In this document: piece by piece, positions 9,827-20,500 of the stretch
Position numbering within the stretch: position 1 is the first letter of the stretch
Layout: each line of letters begins with the position of its first letter
The notes under the pieces: generated by a model
The model's database searches: none
Told to the model about the DNA's origin: nothing
What the model saw: only the letters and a program-made list of their open reading frames with translations
Origin: a virus
Lineage: Duplodnaviria; Caudoviricetes
Reading direction: 5' to 3' (one strand)
Length of the DNA: 64,000 bases
IMG/VR virus record: IMGVR_UViG_3300037424_000485
Span: 140,432-204,431 of that record
Position numbers and translations under genes: made by a program

Positions 9827-10019
9827 TCCGTATAACTCTACCTAATGAATGATGGCCTGTAGTTACAGCGTCTTCTTCATTCATAAGCATATACTGCTCA
9901 ATGGTTATATCATCGAAGTCATTAGCTATGATTTCGCTTATACGCTCAAAATTATACAATATGGTTAATGACAGTCCTATTAGCATTTATTTATCCTCAA
10001 ATGATACCTATTCTAATCA

Positions 10020-10226
10020 TTAAGAAATTTTCCTAGATTTATATGCTGAACCAAGGCCCCTACTAAATTTAGAAGCTTGTCTTGTTGTTGCTGGAATACC
10101 AGCATTTTGACATGCTTTAATAAAAGCGTCTGATTTTACGATATTTCTGTTTCTCTCTGCTGCTGCTGATGTATCATAAATCGGCGCACCACCTCTAACA
10201 CGTTCCCACTGTCTAGCTTTACTCAT
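10020..10226 (-). CDS. small basic hypothetical protein
   Basis: ORF track; SD AAGGAG. Confidence 0.65.
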   Translation of the reverse strand: MSKARQWERVRGGAPIYDTSAAAERNRNIVKSDAFIKACQNAGIPATTRQASKFSRGLGSAYKSRKIS

Positions 10227-10296
10227 TTACATCTCCTTGTTTAATTTTAACTTTTTTTTCTTCTTTATTGATATAAAGAAAACATATTTTATTTAA

Positions 10297-10316
10297 CACT
10301 GCCTATACAGGCAGTG
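10297..10316. terminator. GC-rich hairpin, possible terminator
   Basis: CACTGCCT-ATAC-AGGCAGTG perfect 8-bp stem; U-tract on minus strand is short. Confidence 0.45.
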
Positions 10317-10353
10317 GAAGTGATGTTCTTATATTCAATACATATCCTCTTCT

Positions 10354-10560
10354 TTATAAACGTTTAACATCTATTTTTTTATTATATATATCAGACATCA
10401 TAATGTAAACAAACAGATCTGTTAGATCGTGTTTTACTTTATCCCCTTTTACAAGATCTTCAAAAGCCGTTGGAATGAAAACACTGTCATCTTCTCTATA
10501 AACTTTTTTATTTTGATCTCTAACACCCCAACATCCATCCAACATATTATCAGTAATCAT
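10354..10560 (-). CDS. hypothetical protein
   Basis: ORF track 10354-10587; likely start MIITDN overlapping upstream stop. Confidence 0.5.
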   Translation of the reverse strand: MITDNMLDGCWGVRDQNKKVYREDDSVFIPTAFEDLVKGDKVKHDLTDLFVYIMMSDIYNKKIDVKRL

Positions 10561-10729
10561 TATTATTTTTACCATAGTAATAGTCAATCACATGCTGAAA
10601 ACCCATTCCCAAAACAAACCATATAGGCGATACTAATCCGTTGGCTGGTGTCTTCAAAAGAAAGCATAGCATATGCCCAATAATAGCAAACAATATAAGA
10701 ATATAAAGAACTTTAAATCCAACCCACAT
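10550..10729 (-). CDS. small two-helix membrane protein (59 aa, not in track)
   Basis: MWVGFKVLYILILFAIIGHMLCFLL...LVSPIWFVLGMGF; TAATG coupling to upstream gene. Confidence 0.55.
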   Translation of the reverse strand: MWVGFKVLYILILFAIIGHMLCFLLKTPANGLVSPIWFVLGMGFQHVIDYYYGKNNNDY

Positions 10730-10884
10730 TAATAGTTCCTCATGTTCTTGTGTTTCTTGTTACGTACATAAGAACCCTTGCCTTTTATAGGACGATGTAC
10801 AATAACACCTATCTTTGAAACAGGTTTACGAATACTTCTTTGTATTGCTATCATATCTATTTTCATATTCGTTATCATTTTCAT
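10729..10884 (-). CDS. ArfA-like small basic protein (51 aa, not in track)
   Basis: C-terminal KGKGSYVRNKKHK resembles E. coli ArfA KGKGSYMRKGKH; SD GGAGG 7 nt upstream; first gene after a promoter. Confidence 0.6.
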   Translation of the reverse strand: MKMITNMKIDMIAIQRSIRKPVSKIGVIVHRPIKGKGSYVRNKKHKNMRNY

Positions 10885-10915
10885 TGTCCTACCTCCTATT
10901 GATTTATTTCATAGC

Positions 10916-10944
10916 AATATACTACTATCTTTATCTACCGTCAA
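10916..10944 (-). promoter_or_regulatory. sigma70-type early promoter
   Basis: TTGACG-17 bp-TATATT with A-rich upstream element. Confidence 0.7.
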
Positions 10945-10950
10945 TCTATT

Positions 10951-11115
10951 TTATACATTTTTCTTAAATTGGGTATATTCATATAGAACATGATAGTATG
11001 AGCTACGTGCTGCGATATACTCATTCTTCAGCCCTTCCTGACCAGAGACACAAGAATAAATTTTATCATTTAAACTGCTGATTTCGTTGGATATTTTACT
11101 CTCAAAAGCGTCCAT
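10951..11115 (-). CDS. small hypothetical protein (54 aa, not in track)
   Basis: MDAFESKISNEISS...FKKNV; AGGA SD upstream. Confidence 0.45.
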   Translation of the reverse strand: MDAFESKISNEISSLNDKIYSCVSGQEGLKNEYIAARSSYYHVLYEYTQFKKNV

Positions 11116-11150
11116 ATGTTAGTTTTCCTATATTTATTTTAAAATACCTA

Positions 11151-11179
11151 TTGACAAACCTTATTCTTTATGTTATAAT
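11151..11179 (+). promoter_or_regulatory. perfect consensus sigma70 promoter, antisense to late operon
   Basis: TTGACA-17 bp-TATAAT with extended -10 TG; no + strand ORF downstream. Confidence 0.75.
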
Positions 11180-11228
11180 AAAACCTGTTAAGGGGGGAAA
11201 TATAATATTTGAATTTTAGAAGCAACAG

Positions 11229-11268
11229 ATTCAAATTTGAATTAGAAATTTGAATTAGAAATTTTAAA
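11229..11268. repeat. 14-bp palindrome overlapping 13-bp tandem repeats
   Basis: ATTCAAATTTGAAT (11229-11242); AAATTTGAATTAG at 11233 and 11246, partial third copy. Confidence 0.7.
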
Positions 11269-11512
11269 CAAATGTTTCCTTTATCCAATCCTTAATAGAA
11301 GAAATAGTTTTACAATTATCAAGAGACTCTAATTGAGAAGAAGACAATTTAAAATTAACATTCTTTATTATCATATTACCCAATGAAGTTAAAGGATGAT
11401 TACCTTTCTTTAACCACTTTATATAAAGACTCCAACCAACAGAACCCTTTTTAACCATCTTATTAGTCTCTATATTAAAAACAGTATTACTTTTATTTGT
11501 TATTTGATACAT
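11264..11512 (-). CDS. putative tail fibre assembly protein
   Basis: YxxWLxxGNxP motif; follows fibre/adhesin genes. Confidence 0.5.
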   Translation of the reverse strand: MYQITNKSNTVFNIETNKMVKKGSVGWSLYIKWLKKGNHPLTSLGNMIIKNVNFKLSSSQLESLDNCKTISSIKDWIKETFV

Positions 11513-11524
11513 TTAATATCTCCT

Positions 11525-12880
11525 TTATACCTTATAAATGTAAGCTTTACCACTTGATAAACCACCTGCATCGTCTTCCAGATAAGCACCAACAATTGCA
11601 TAGTTGTCTGATATAGCTATAGAGTATCCAAAGCTATCACCATCACTAGTGTTATAAGCATTAGGGTTGTCTAATGTACTAAGCAAAGCACCTGTAGCTG
11701 GATTGTAAATATAAGCTTTACCACTTGTCAAGCCACCTGCATCATCTTCATAAGGAGCACCAACAATAGCATAGCTGTCTGATATAGAAACATAATATCC
11801 AAAATAATCGCCTGTTGTTGAGCTATAAGCATTAGGATTGTCTAGTGTATGAAGCAAAGCACCTGTAACGCTGTTGTAAATATAAGCTATACCACTACCT
11901 AACCCACTAATATCATCTTCTTGATAAGCACCAACAATAGCATAAATATCTGAAATAGAAACAGAGTATCCAAAGCTATCACCAGCACTAGTGTCATATG
12001 CATTAGGGTTGTCTAATGTCCATAGCAAAGTACCTGTAGCATTATCGAAAATATAAGCTTTACCGCTACTTAAACCACCAGCATCATCTTCCAAATAAGC
12101 ACCAATAATAGCATAGCTATTTGATATAGAAACAGAGTATCCAAAATAATCACCATCAGTAGTGCCATATGCATTAGGGTTGTCAAGTGTCCATAATAGA
12201 GCACCTGTAGAAGAATTGTAAATATAAGCTTTACCACTACCTGTGCCACCTGCATCATCTTCATAAGGAGCACCAACAATAGCATAGCTATCTGATATAG
12301 CTATAGAGTATCCAAAACCATCAACAGCACTAGTGTCATAAGCATTAGGGTTATCTAGTGTCCATAATAGAACACCAGTAGCATTATCATAAATATAAGC
12401 TTTACCACTGTCCAATCCACCTGCATCATCTTCCAGCATAGCACCTACAATTGCATAGCTTTCTGAAATAGAAACAGCTCTACCAAAGTTATCATTAAGG
12501 CTAGTGTCATAAGCATTAGGGTTATCTAGTGTCCATAATAGAACACCAGTAGCATTATCGAAAATATAAGCTTTACCACTACCTGTTCCGCCTATATCAT
12601 CTTCAGCATAAGCACCTACAATTGCATAGCTATTTGATATAGATACAGCTCTACCAAAATAGTCATTAAGGCTAGTGTCATAAGCATTAGGGTTGTCTAG
12701 TGTGCGAAGAAAACTTATAAGTGCCTTACCATAGCCATCAGAAAGACTAATAGCACCTGTATAAACACCAAACAAATGTCTCAAATTAGCCTGTCCAAGG
12801 CTAATTAGTGTTGTTGATATTTCACTAAGCTCAGTATTTACTTGTGATAATGATATGCTTCCGCTTGCTGGTAATGTCAT
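11525..12880 (-). CDS. virion adhesin with 7 FG-GAP-like beta-propeller blades
   Basis: 7 x ~57-aa repeat LDNPNAY..FG..V.IS..YAIVGA..ED..G..SGKAYI; MTLPASGSISL N-terminus typical of fibre-associated proteins. Confidence 0.85.
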   Translation of the reverse strand: MTLPASGSISLSQVNTELSEISTTLISLGQANLRHLFGVYTGAISLSDGYGKALISFLRTLDNPNAYDTSLNDYFGRAVSISNSYAIVGAYAEDDIGGTGSGKAYIFDNATGVLLWTLDNPNAYDTSLNDNFGRAVSISESYAIVGAMLEDDAGGLDSGKAYIYDNATGVLLWTLDNPNAYDTSAVDGFGYSIAISDSYAIVGAPYEDDAGGTGSGKAYIYNSSTGALLWTLDNPNAYGTTDGDYFGYSVSISNSYAIIGAYLEDDAGGLSSGKAYIFDNATGTLLWTLDNPNAYDTSAGDSFGYSVSISDIYAIVGAYQEDDISGLGSGIAYIYNSVTGALLHTLDNPNAYSSTTGDYFGYYVSISDSYAIVGAPYEDDAGGLTSGKAYIYNPATGALLSTLDNPNAYNTSDGDSFGYSIAISDNYAIVGAYLEDDAGGLSSGKAYIYKV

Positions 12881-12886
12881 TAAATA

Positions 12887-15406
12887 TTACCCTAGTTTAG
12901 ATTCTAATATTTTAATTTTATTATTAAGTTCTTTTATAGCCTCTATTAATAGAGGGACTAATTTTTCATATTGAACAGTCATATAATTTTCACCTGATTT
13001 AGATGATATATATCCTAACTCTGCATCTCTATTAATATCAAATGGAGCTGGTTTTACTACTTGAGGGAGAATTAATTTTACCTCTTGAGCACTGATACCA
13101 ACCTCTATATCATCACTCATATATCCATATGATTTTGCTATACTATTAGCAGTATAATAAAAGCCATTTAGGGTACTGATCATATCAAGAGCGTTTTCAA
13201 TATTACCGATCTTATTTTTAAGTCTCATATCAGAAAAATAAGCAGTTATATTTCCAGTAGCTGTAATATCCCCTGTAGTAGCAAAACCTGCACTGGCTGA
13301 TTCTACTGTTATGTCATGAGATCCATCAAATTGAATACCACCTATAGTACGAGCTGTTTCAAGGGTTGTAGCAGTTGATGAATTACCTACAAGATCGCCG
13401 GTAAATGTTGTAGTTGTAAGTATACCGGCAGCAGAGTTAAAAGTTAAATTTGTACCTGTATGTATTTGCTGTATTCCCTCAGGACTATTAAAATATGCTA
13501 CATAACAGCTAGTATCTGCACTCTCATCAAATGATGTAATAGTGATAGCATTCCCAGATAAAGATTGTACATCTAACAGTTCTGACTGTGTTAAGTGATA
13601 ATACTCACCAGGGCCTCCTCCTTGTATGCTACCAAGGCCATTATGGAGAACAGGTGTTGATGATTGCAGTAATTGGGAAAAAGGACTTTGAATTTCAGTT
13701 ATATTTGAAGCACCTTGTAAATAAATTACCTTCCCTACTAATTGAGATCCTACACCTGTTGCTTCTGGTGGTAAAATTCCTGGTATCTCTGCCACTTGAG
13801 CATCTGTTAGTGTTGCGTACTGATCTTGTCCATATACAGAATATAAAGAAGATGAAGTACCTATAATTAAATAAATCCAATGAACACCGTAATATCCGGC
13901 TGTCATTGCTGAAAGTGTCCCTGTCCCGACATCAAAATAATTAACATCTATATCTGTTTGAGATGGCGTTCTTACCCAATCACCTCCCGACATATACAAT
14001 GTAGTGAATGTATCCGCTGCACTAGTATCAAATGATGGATGGGTTCTTTTAATATTAGCTAAGTAAAAAATACCAGCTGTTAGGTTCAATCTAAGAGCAC
14101 TAGTACCTTCTGTTAGAACTGTACCTCCTGGTTGATGTTCATACCCATTAACAAAGAAGTCTTTTCTTGAGTTATTTGCCTGATAATTAAGACCATATTC
14201 TCTCATATCAACAATATGTAGAGTATTTTCTATTCTATTAACAATCCATATAGGAACTTTTGTATATCCAGCCTCTACAGGCACTGAAGTTTCACATGTA
14301 ATTCTGGTAGTACCCATATTCCAATCAGCAAATAAATAGTTAGGTATATTATCTACCAATGATGATATACCACCAATACCTGTAGTTCCAGATGGTACAC
14401 TGAATTCTTCAAGTGATGTTGTGTATATATCAAGTCCTGTTCTTAATAATGCATTACCAGCGGATATAGTTACAGTTCCATTTCCATTATCAATAAGATC
14501 AAATCCACTAAGTGGTGTTGATGACATTACATGATCAAAATATGCCTGAACACTTGAAAGACTAGGTGTTTCTGAATGTGTTGGATAATCTATAGCTGAT
14601 GTTGGCCATGTATAATATAGTATATTATCTACATTAACCTGTACACTTTCAATTTCATTTTGTAATATAATAGCAGATACACTAAGTACATTTATATCAT
14701 AATTATTAGCATCTATAGCTGCTGATAGAAAATCTGTATTTAACTCTAAAGAATATACGCTTGATGATAGAGGCATCATATCAATAATTGATTGTGTATT
14801 AGCATCTATAGCTGCTGATAGAAATGCTGTATATGCTGTTAAATAACTACCATCTACAGTTAAATTATCAATAGATGCTGATAGAAATTCAGTATTTAAA
14901 TTAAGAGTATTTAGATGATTATCACTTACCAGTTTATTCCTAATAGTATCTATACTACCATCTACAATACTATATATATTATGAGCACCTTCATTATAGC
15001 TAGTTCCTGTTACATGCTCAGTCCAAATATTTGCATAGTAGTTACTAACCACCCTATCTTTGGTTTGACTATTATCTTTAACATCAACAGGATAATAATC
15101 AAGACTCTCATCAAAAACATCTACGTAATCTATATGACCTTTTGATATCCCTGCTTTATCCCATGCTATTTTTATTTTTTGAGATGAATCATATCCGCCA
15201 TCTTCTTGTAAATCTGCAATCCAGAATTCAAAAAATCCATTAGATAATGTTACTACTTGACCAACAGCATCAGGCGATCCGCCATCTTCTTGATGATATA
15301 TAGTAGCTTGTGTTTCACTACCTGCAAGATACACCTGTACAGTAGCACCTTCAATTGGTTGTCCTTCTCTGTTTATCAAATACTGCCATACATGTGCTCT
15401 AGCCAT
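12887..15406 (-). CDS. tail fibre with C-terminal intramolecular chaperone (peptidase S74)
   Basis: YFSDMRLK...GISAQEV...VQYEKLVPLLIEAIKEL. Confidence 0.88.
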   Translation of the reverse strand: MARAHVWQYLINREGQPIEGATVQVYLAGSETQATIYHQEDGGSPDAVGQVVTLSNGFFEFWIADLQEDGGYDSSQKIKIAWDKAGISKGHIDYVDVFDESLDYYPVDVKDNSQTKDRVVSNYYANIWTEHVTGTSYNEGAHNIYSIVDGSIDTIRNKLVSDNHLNTLNLNTEFLSASIDNLTVDGSYLTAYTAFLSAAIDANTQSIIDMMPLSSSVYSLELNTDFLSAAIDANNYDINVLSVSAIILQNEIESVQVNVDNILYYTWPTSAIDYPTHSETPSLSSVQAYFDHVMSSTPLSGFDLIDNGNGTVTISAGNALLRTGLDIYTTSLEEFSVPSGTTGIGGISSLVDNIPNYLFADWNMGTTRITCETSVPVEAGYTKVPIWIVNRIENTLHIVDMREYGLNYQANNSRKDFFVNGYEHQPGGTVLTEGTSALRLNLTAGIFYLANIKRTHPSFDTSAADTFTTLYMSGGDWVRTPSQTDIDVNYFDVGTGTLSAMTAGYYGVHWIYLIIGTSSSLYSVYGQDQYATLTDAQVAEIPGILPPEATGVGSQLVGKVIYLQGASNITEIQSPFSQLLQSSTPVLHNGLGSIQGGGPGEYYHLTQSELLDVQSLSGNAITITSFDESADTSCYVAYFNSPEGIQQIHTGTNLTFNSAAGILTTTTFTGDLVGNSSTATTLETARTIGGIQFDGSHDITVESASAGFATTGDITATGNITAYFSDMRLKNKIGNIENALDMISTLNGFYYTANSIAKSYGYMSDDIEVGISAQEVKLILPQVVKPAPFDINRDAELGYISSKSGENYMTVQYEKLVPLLIEAIKELNNKIKILESKLG

Positions 15407-15433
15407 TATAAACCTCTTTTTATTTCCTTATAA

Positions 15434-16711
15434 TTAATATGCTTCATTCCATTTTTCTATCTGAGCATAACTTCCAGATCCTGTTACTTTATAAGTGGCT
15501 CCTGGCGGTACATAGAATATTAAATGTGATGTATACTCCCACTGACATCCCCAGTTGACTGCTAAATTATTATCTACTAATGTTAGACCAGATCCTCTAT
15601 TTACATAAGCATACATGTATGCATAAAATGGAGAACATGCCGCATCATGGAAGCTTACATGAACTGCCATTACCTTTCCAGTATTATTAGTATACAAAAC
15701 ATCTTTTGATTTAGAAACCTCGCCTTGCCATGTACTGAAAGGAGATGATGTAGATACTTTACTGTCAATATATGCTTTAATACTTTGCTGAGTAGCAAGA
15801 TGAACATCAGAATTAGATGCCATGTTGTCTTCATCTTTAATAGCAGTTCCAGTTATCTGTGTATTTATAACAGGACTTGTTAAAGTCTTATTAGTCATTG
15901 TTATAGTGCCAGAGTCAACATATGCTTTAATACTTTGCTGAGTAGCAAGATGAACATCAGAATTAGATATCATATCATCTTCATCTAATACGGCAGTTCC
16001 CGACACACTTGTATTAAGAATTGAAGATGTTAAAGTCTTATTAGTCATATTGATAGTACCACTATCAACATATGCTTTAATACTTTGCTGAGTAGCAAGA
16101 TGAACATCAGAATTAGATATCATATCATCTTCATCTTTTATAGCAGTTCCAGTTATCCCTAATGCATTTAACTGTACATCGGTTCCATCAATACCATTAT
16201 CCAACACTTTGAATGTATTATCAGAAGCATATATATCACCTCTTAACTTACCAGCAATTTGAGCATCACCAATAACTGTTAATCCATTATAAACAGTTAA
16301 ATCACCCATAGTGGCAGATACAGCTGATAGCCCTACAGTTCCAGTATAATTTGCATATAAATTATTTAGTATGTTTACATCATGATATATAGTTATTATA
16401 CTACCATTATTAGCTGATAATGAATCTGTACTTACTCCATCACCATATAACTTCATCAATGTCCATCTTTGGAAACCTGTTTCATCATTAGGTTTAATAT
16501 AGTATGGCAGGTCATCACCGACTGTGATTTCAAAGGGATATGTAACCGCATTGTAAAAATACATACCGCCTTCATGTTCTGTCATTACAATATCATTATC
16601 ATTGATAACATCTGTTGAGATTTTATCAACAGAATATGCCGTATCAGAAGCACCAACAATATCATTAATTAATGTATATGCCCCCATTATTTTAATAGGT
16701 GTTACTGCCAT
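15434..16711 (-). CDS. tail fibre-like protein with three internal repeats
   Basis: 3 x DEDxMxSNSDVHLATQQSIKAY; distinct C-terminal tip domain. Confidence 0.7.
   Translation of the reverse strand: MAVTPIKIMGAYTLINDIVGASDTAYSVDKISTDVINDNDIVMTEHEGGMYFYNAVTYPFEITVGDDLPYYIKPNDETGFQRWTLMKLYGDGVSTDSLSANNGSIITIYHDVNILNNLYANYTGTVGLSAVSATMGDLTVYNGLTVIGDAQIAGKLRGDIYASDNTFKVLDNGIDGTDVQLNALGITGTAIKDEDDMISNSDVHLATQQSIKAYVDSGTINMTNKTLTSSILNTSVSGTAVLDEDDMISNSDVHLATQQSIKAYVDSGTITMTNKTLTSPVINTQITGTAIKDEDNMASNSDVHLATQQSIKAYIDSKVSTSSPFSTWQGEVSKSKDVLYTNNTGKVMAVHVSFHDAACSPFYAYMYAYVNRGSGLTLVDNNLAVNWGCQWEYTSHLIFYVPPGATYKVTGSGSYAQIEKWNEAY
15771..16118. repeat. three identical 48-bp cores at 150-bp period
   Basis: tatgctttaatactttgctgagtagcaagatgaacatcagaattagat at 15771, 15921, 16071. 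Confidence 0.9.
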
Positions 16712-16733
16712 ATATCCACTCCATTTAGCTAGA

Positions 16734-17171
16734 TCATCTCATAAGGGTATAATCAATTGATTTTTGAGAATATGAATCTTCCTCTTCTCTTATGAATAAA
16801 TCCTTTTGTTGATAGCACATGTCCTTTATTGTACTGTGCTTCTTTTGTTTTTCAATATACGCTACAAAAGCATTATAACATATCATAGTGATATAGTTGA
16901 AGATAGTACCTTTCTCTGGTTTGTAATTATGAAAATACTTAATTGTATTATGCAAACCTTCCATGATAAAATCTTCTTTGTATGTATACTGATTAAAATT
17001 TCCCTTGTTTGATAAATTTTTTGATATTTTAAATATCATCGTACCAAATTCTTCTGTAGTCTTTGCCGATCCATATATATATTTACCTGCTGATGTGTAT
17101 TGTGCAGTAAGTGTATATATATCAGCTTGCTTTTTTAAATCTTCAGGCTCTATATAATAATTATCTTCCAT
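16734..17171 (-). CDS. T4 gp55-like late transcription sigma factor
   Basis: YKEDFIMEG..NTIKYFHNYKPEK...FNYITMICYNAFVAYIEKQKK matches the gp55 pattern; many TATAAATA boxes in the window. Confidence 0.85.
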   Translation of the reverse strand: MEDNYYIEPEDLKKQADIYTLTAQYTSAGKYIYGSAKTTEEFGTMIFKISKNLSNKGNFNQYTYKEDFIMEGLHNTIKYFHNYKPEKGTIFNYITMICYNAFVAYIEKQKKHSTIKDMCYQQKDLFIREEEDSYSQKSIDYTLMR

Positions 17172-17220
17172 AAATTAAACTACCTCCTATAATAGTAATA
17201 ATTATAATTATTATATCATT

Positions 17221-17583
17221 TTAGGTATCGTTATGTAAATTAGATCTCTGTAGAGTTCTTTCAAACTCTTTTTGTATAATTGCAAGATCATTATTAAACT
17301 CATCAATCTTACGAAAAATTCTTTCTCTCTTTTTAGTATTTATATCAAGATGATTTATATTTTCTTCTTCCTTGATATAAAATCCAAATTTATATTTTCC
17401 TTTTAATATATTTTTAAATTGTTTATTACATTTTTCAATGGTTTCAAGAATATCTATATGTTGATATTTTTTAATCACATCAACATATAGATCATCTTTT
17501 TCAACAATTCCTATATTTAAGGAGCGAAATGTTAGTTCATCTGGTGTTTTAGAAGATAGTGTTATATATTTAAGAAATTTCAT
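17221..17583 (-). CDS. hypothetical protein
   Basis: ORF track; coupled to upstream gene. Confidence 0.6.
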   Translation of the reverse strand: MKFLKYITLSSKTPDELTFRSLNIGIVEKDDLYVDVIKKYQHIDILETIEKCNKQFKNILKGKYKFGFYIKEEENINHLDINTKKRERIFRKIDEFNNDLAIIQKEFERTLQRSNLHNDT

Positions 17584-20500
17584 AATGTATCTATCTTATA
17601 TATATATGTTTTACCACTGTATGTTCCGCCATCATCAGACTCGCTATAAGCACCTACGATTGCATGAGTATTAGATATTCCTACAGAATATCCGAATCTA
17701 TCACCAGCAGTAGTGTCATATGCATTAGGGTTGTCAAGTGTGTGAAGCAAAGCACCTGTAGCATTATCGAAAATATAAGCTTTACCACTATTTGTCCCAT
17801 CAATACTATCTTCTCTATAAGCACCTACAATAGCATAGCTATCTGATATAGATACAGAATATCCAAACTGATCATCAGCACTAGTGCCATATGCATTAGG
17901 GTTGTCTAATGTCCATAGCAAAGCACCAGTAGCATTATCATAAATATATGCTTTACCACTACCTAATCCACCAGCATCACCCTCTTGATAAGCACCTACA
18001 ATAGAATAAGTATCTGATATAGAAACAGATATACCAAAATAATCAACAGCACTAGTGTCATAAGCATTAGGGTTGTCTAGTGTCCATAATAGAGCACCAG
18101 TAGCATTATCATAAATATAAGCTTTACCACTGTCCAATCCACCTGCATCATCTTCAGCATAAGCACCTACAATAGAATAAGTATCTGATATAGAAACATT
18201 ATTTCCAAACTGATCACCAGCACTAGTGTCATAAGCATTAGGGTTGTCTAGTGTATGAAGCAAAGTGCCTGTGATAGTATTATAAATATAAGCTTTACCA
18301 CTATTTACACCTCCTATATCGTTTACTTCATAGGCACCTATAATGGTATAAGTATCATTAATTGATATAGAAGATGCAAATCCACCAGATAATGATGGAT
18401 TTGTTAATGTATGTAATAAGGAACCTGTAGATGTAGTATATATATATACAACACCATTTCCAATAATACCCCCTTCATAAGGTGTTGCAACAGCTGTATA
18501 AGTATCTGATATAGCTACAGAATATCCAAAGCTATCACCAGCACTAGTGTCATAAGCATTAGGGTTGTCTAATGTATGAAGTAAAACACCTGTTGCATTA
18601 TCAAATATATAAGCTTTACCACTATCTATACCACCACCAACACCATCCTCCTCAGGAGCACCAATAATAGCATAAGTATCTGATATAGCTATAGAGTATC
18701 CAAATTTATCCCAATCTGATGTTCCATATGCATTAGGGTTGTCTAATGTTAATATAGATACCTCAGGAACTGCTTCTATATATTCATTTGTTATCAACCA
18801 TGTATCACTATAAATACAACCCTCTACAGTTACAGTAACATCATTTCTAGCAGCACCAGTAGCACTTACTATATGAGAGAAGCCTTGACTGTAATATCCC
18901 ATATCTCCGACAAATACATATGCAGGATCGGATAATGTCCATGTTAGATCACCAGAAGCTGCATCTGTTTTTACATATACAATAGCTGTTTCATAAGGAT
19001 TAATAGTAAAATTAGATATAGATGTATTTATATCAATATAGGATATTCCCTCATACACTGTAGTTAATGTATTTTCTATATATACACCTGTTCCAGAGCT
19101 AACAGATATAGTCACATCTTCCCCATCAGACCCGGAACAAGATATACCTAGAGTCACAACATATAAATCTGGATTTAAAGGATCTATATAATATGAATCT
19201 GTTAAAGGGTGATATCCTGTATGAGTTTTAGTTCCAGTATCAGACCATACAACCCCCGGTAGTGTTGATGTAATATCCCATGTCAAAACAGAAGGATGTG
19301 CATTTGTGCTTATACTTATTAATGACTCAGACCCACATTGATTTATAGGAATTGTTGTTGATGTAGCACCATCTCCATCAACAACATCATTCCATGCTAT
19401 AGTTTCACCCATAGCTGTTTTAATAACCCTGTAATGCATTAAAAAATCTACATATGGTGGTTTGTATAAATCAGAAATGGTAGTTCTAAATTGTACTTTA
19501 TCTCTACTAATGATCTCTATTGTAGCAATATCCTCATACTCAGAAGCATAATCAAGACCCCAATTCATATAGTAATGTCTATTATCTCTTTTAAATTCTG
19601 AGATAACACCAGTTTCTAACACGTTTTGATCTCCATCAAGTAGCTTATATGTTGGGGAGTTTTGAATACCAAAACTATCAAATCCAATAAGCTCTTGAAG
19701 GATATTATAACTTCCACCATCTATTAATATAGCAGTACCGGACTGAGGAGTGCTAAATGTTAGCTTTGTAGACATGATGTTAAGCAATTTTATATCATCT
19801 GGTACTATGCTTACTCCATCTGTATCATATGATTGAATAAATATAAGCTTGCTTTCAAAATCATGATTTACAATACAGCTATTATCCACACCAGATGTTT
19901 CAAATGTCTGTAATGTTAATGTTTCATTTGATGATAAATGTACATTTATGGTATTAATACTTATATTTCCTATACCTATATCAATTTCTATATTGTTGTC
20001 ATCTATAATTGTTACAGAATCAATATCTATAAGACTCTGTTCTCCATTAATAGTATTATATTCATATACCTGTACAAAAAGATCATCCCTGTTTAAAGAA
20101 TGCTCTATTGATAGTATTTGATTACCACCAACATTTGTTGTTATAGGTGTTTTATTTGCTTTTTTAATAACAATATATCCTGACTTTAATCCACTAAATG
20201 TTACTAATACATTTTCGCCATTATTTGTTATTACTGTAGATATAGGTGTTATTAGATTATTTACTTTATCAAAGCATTGAATTATTAAATTCTGTGTATT
20301 TAGATCGGTATGAAATACCCACTCTGAAGCAGATACACACTGAAGTCCTATATATGTCGTTGCAGTATAATAATCTTGTGTAAATGATCTAGAATTTACA
20401 TATGTATTTGTATAACTCTCTCCTAAACTATTCTTATCACCATATAGAGACATAACATCCCCTGTTAAATCAACTATTGGTGAAAACACAACACTATATC

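Noticed and set aside
15771-16118. CRISPR-like array
   Set aside because: Repeats are in-frame coding units with homologous spacers; the same holds for 47651-47925.
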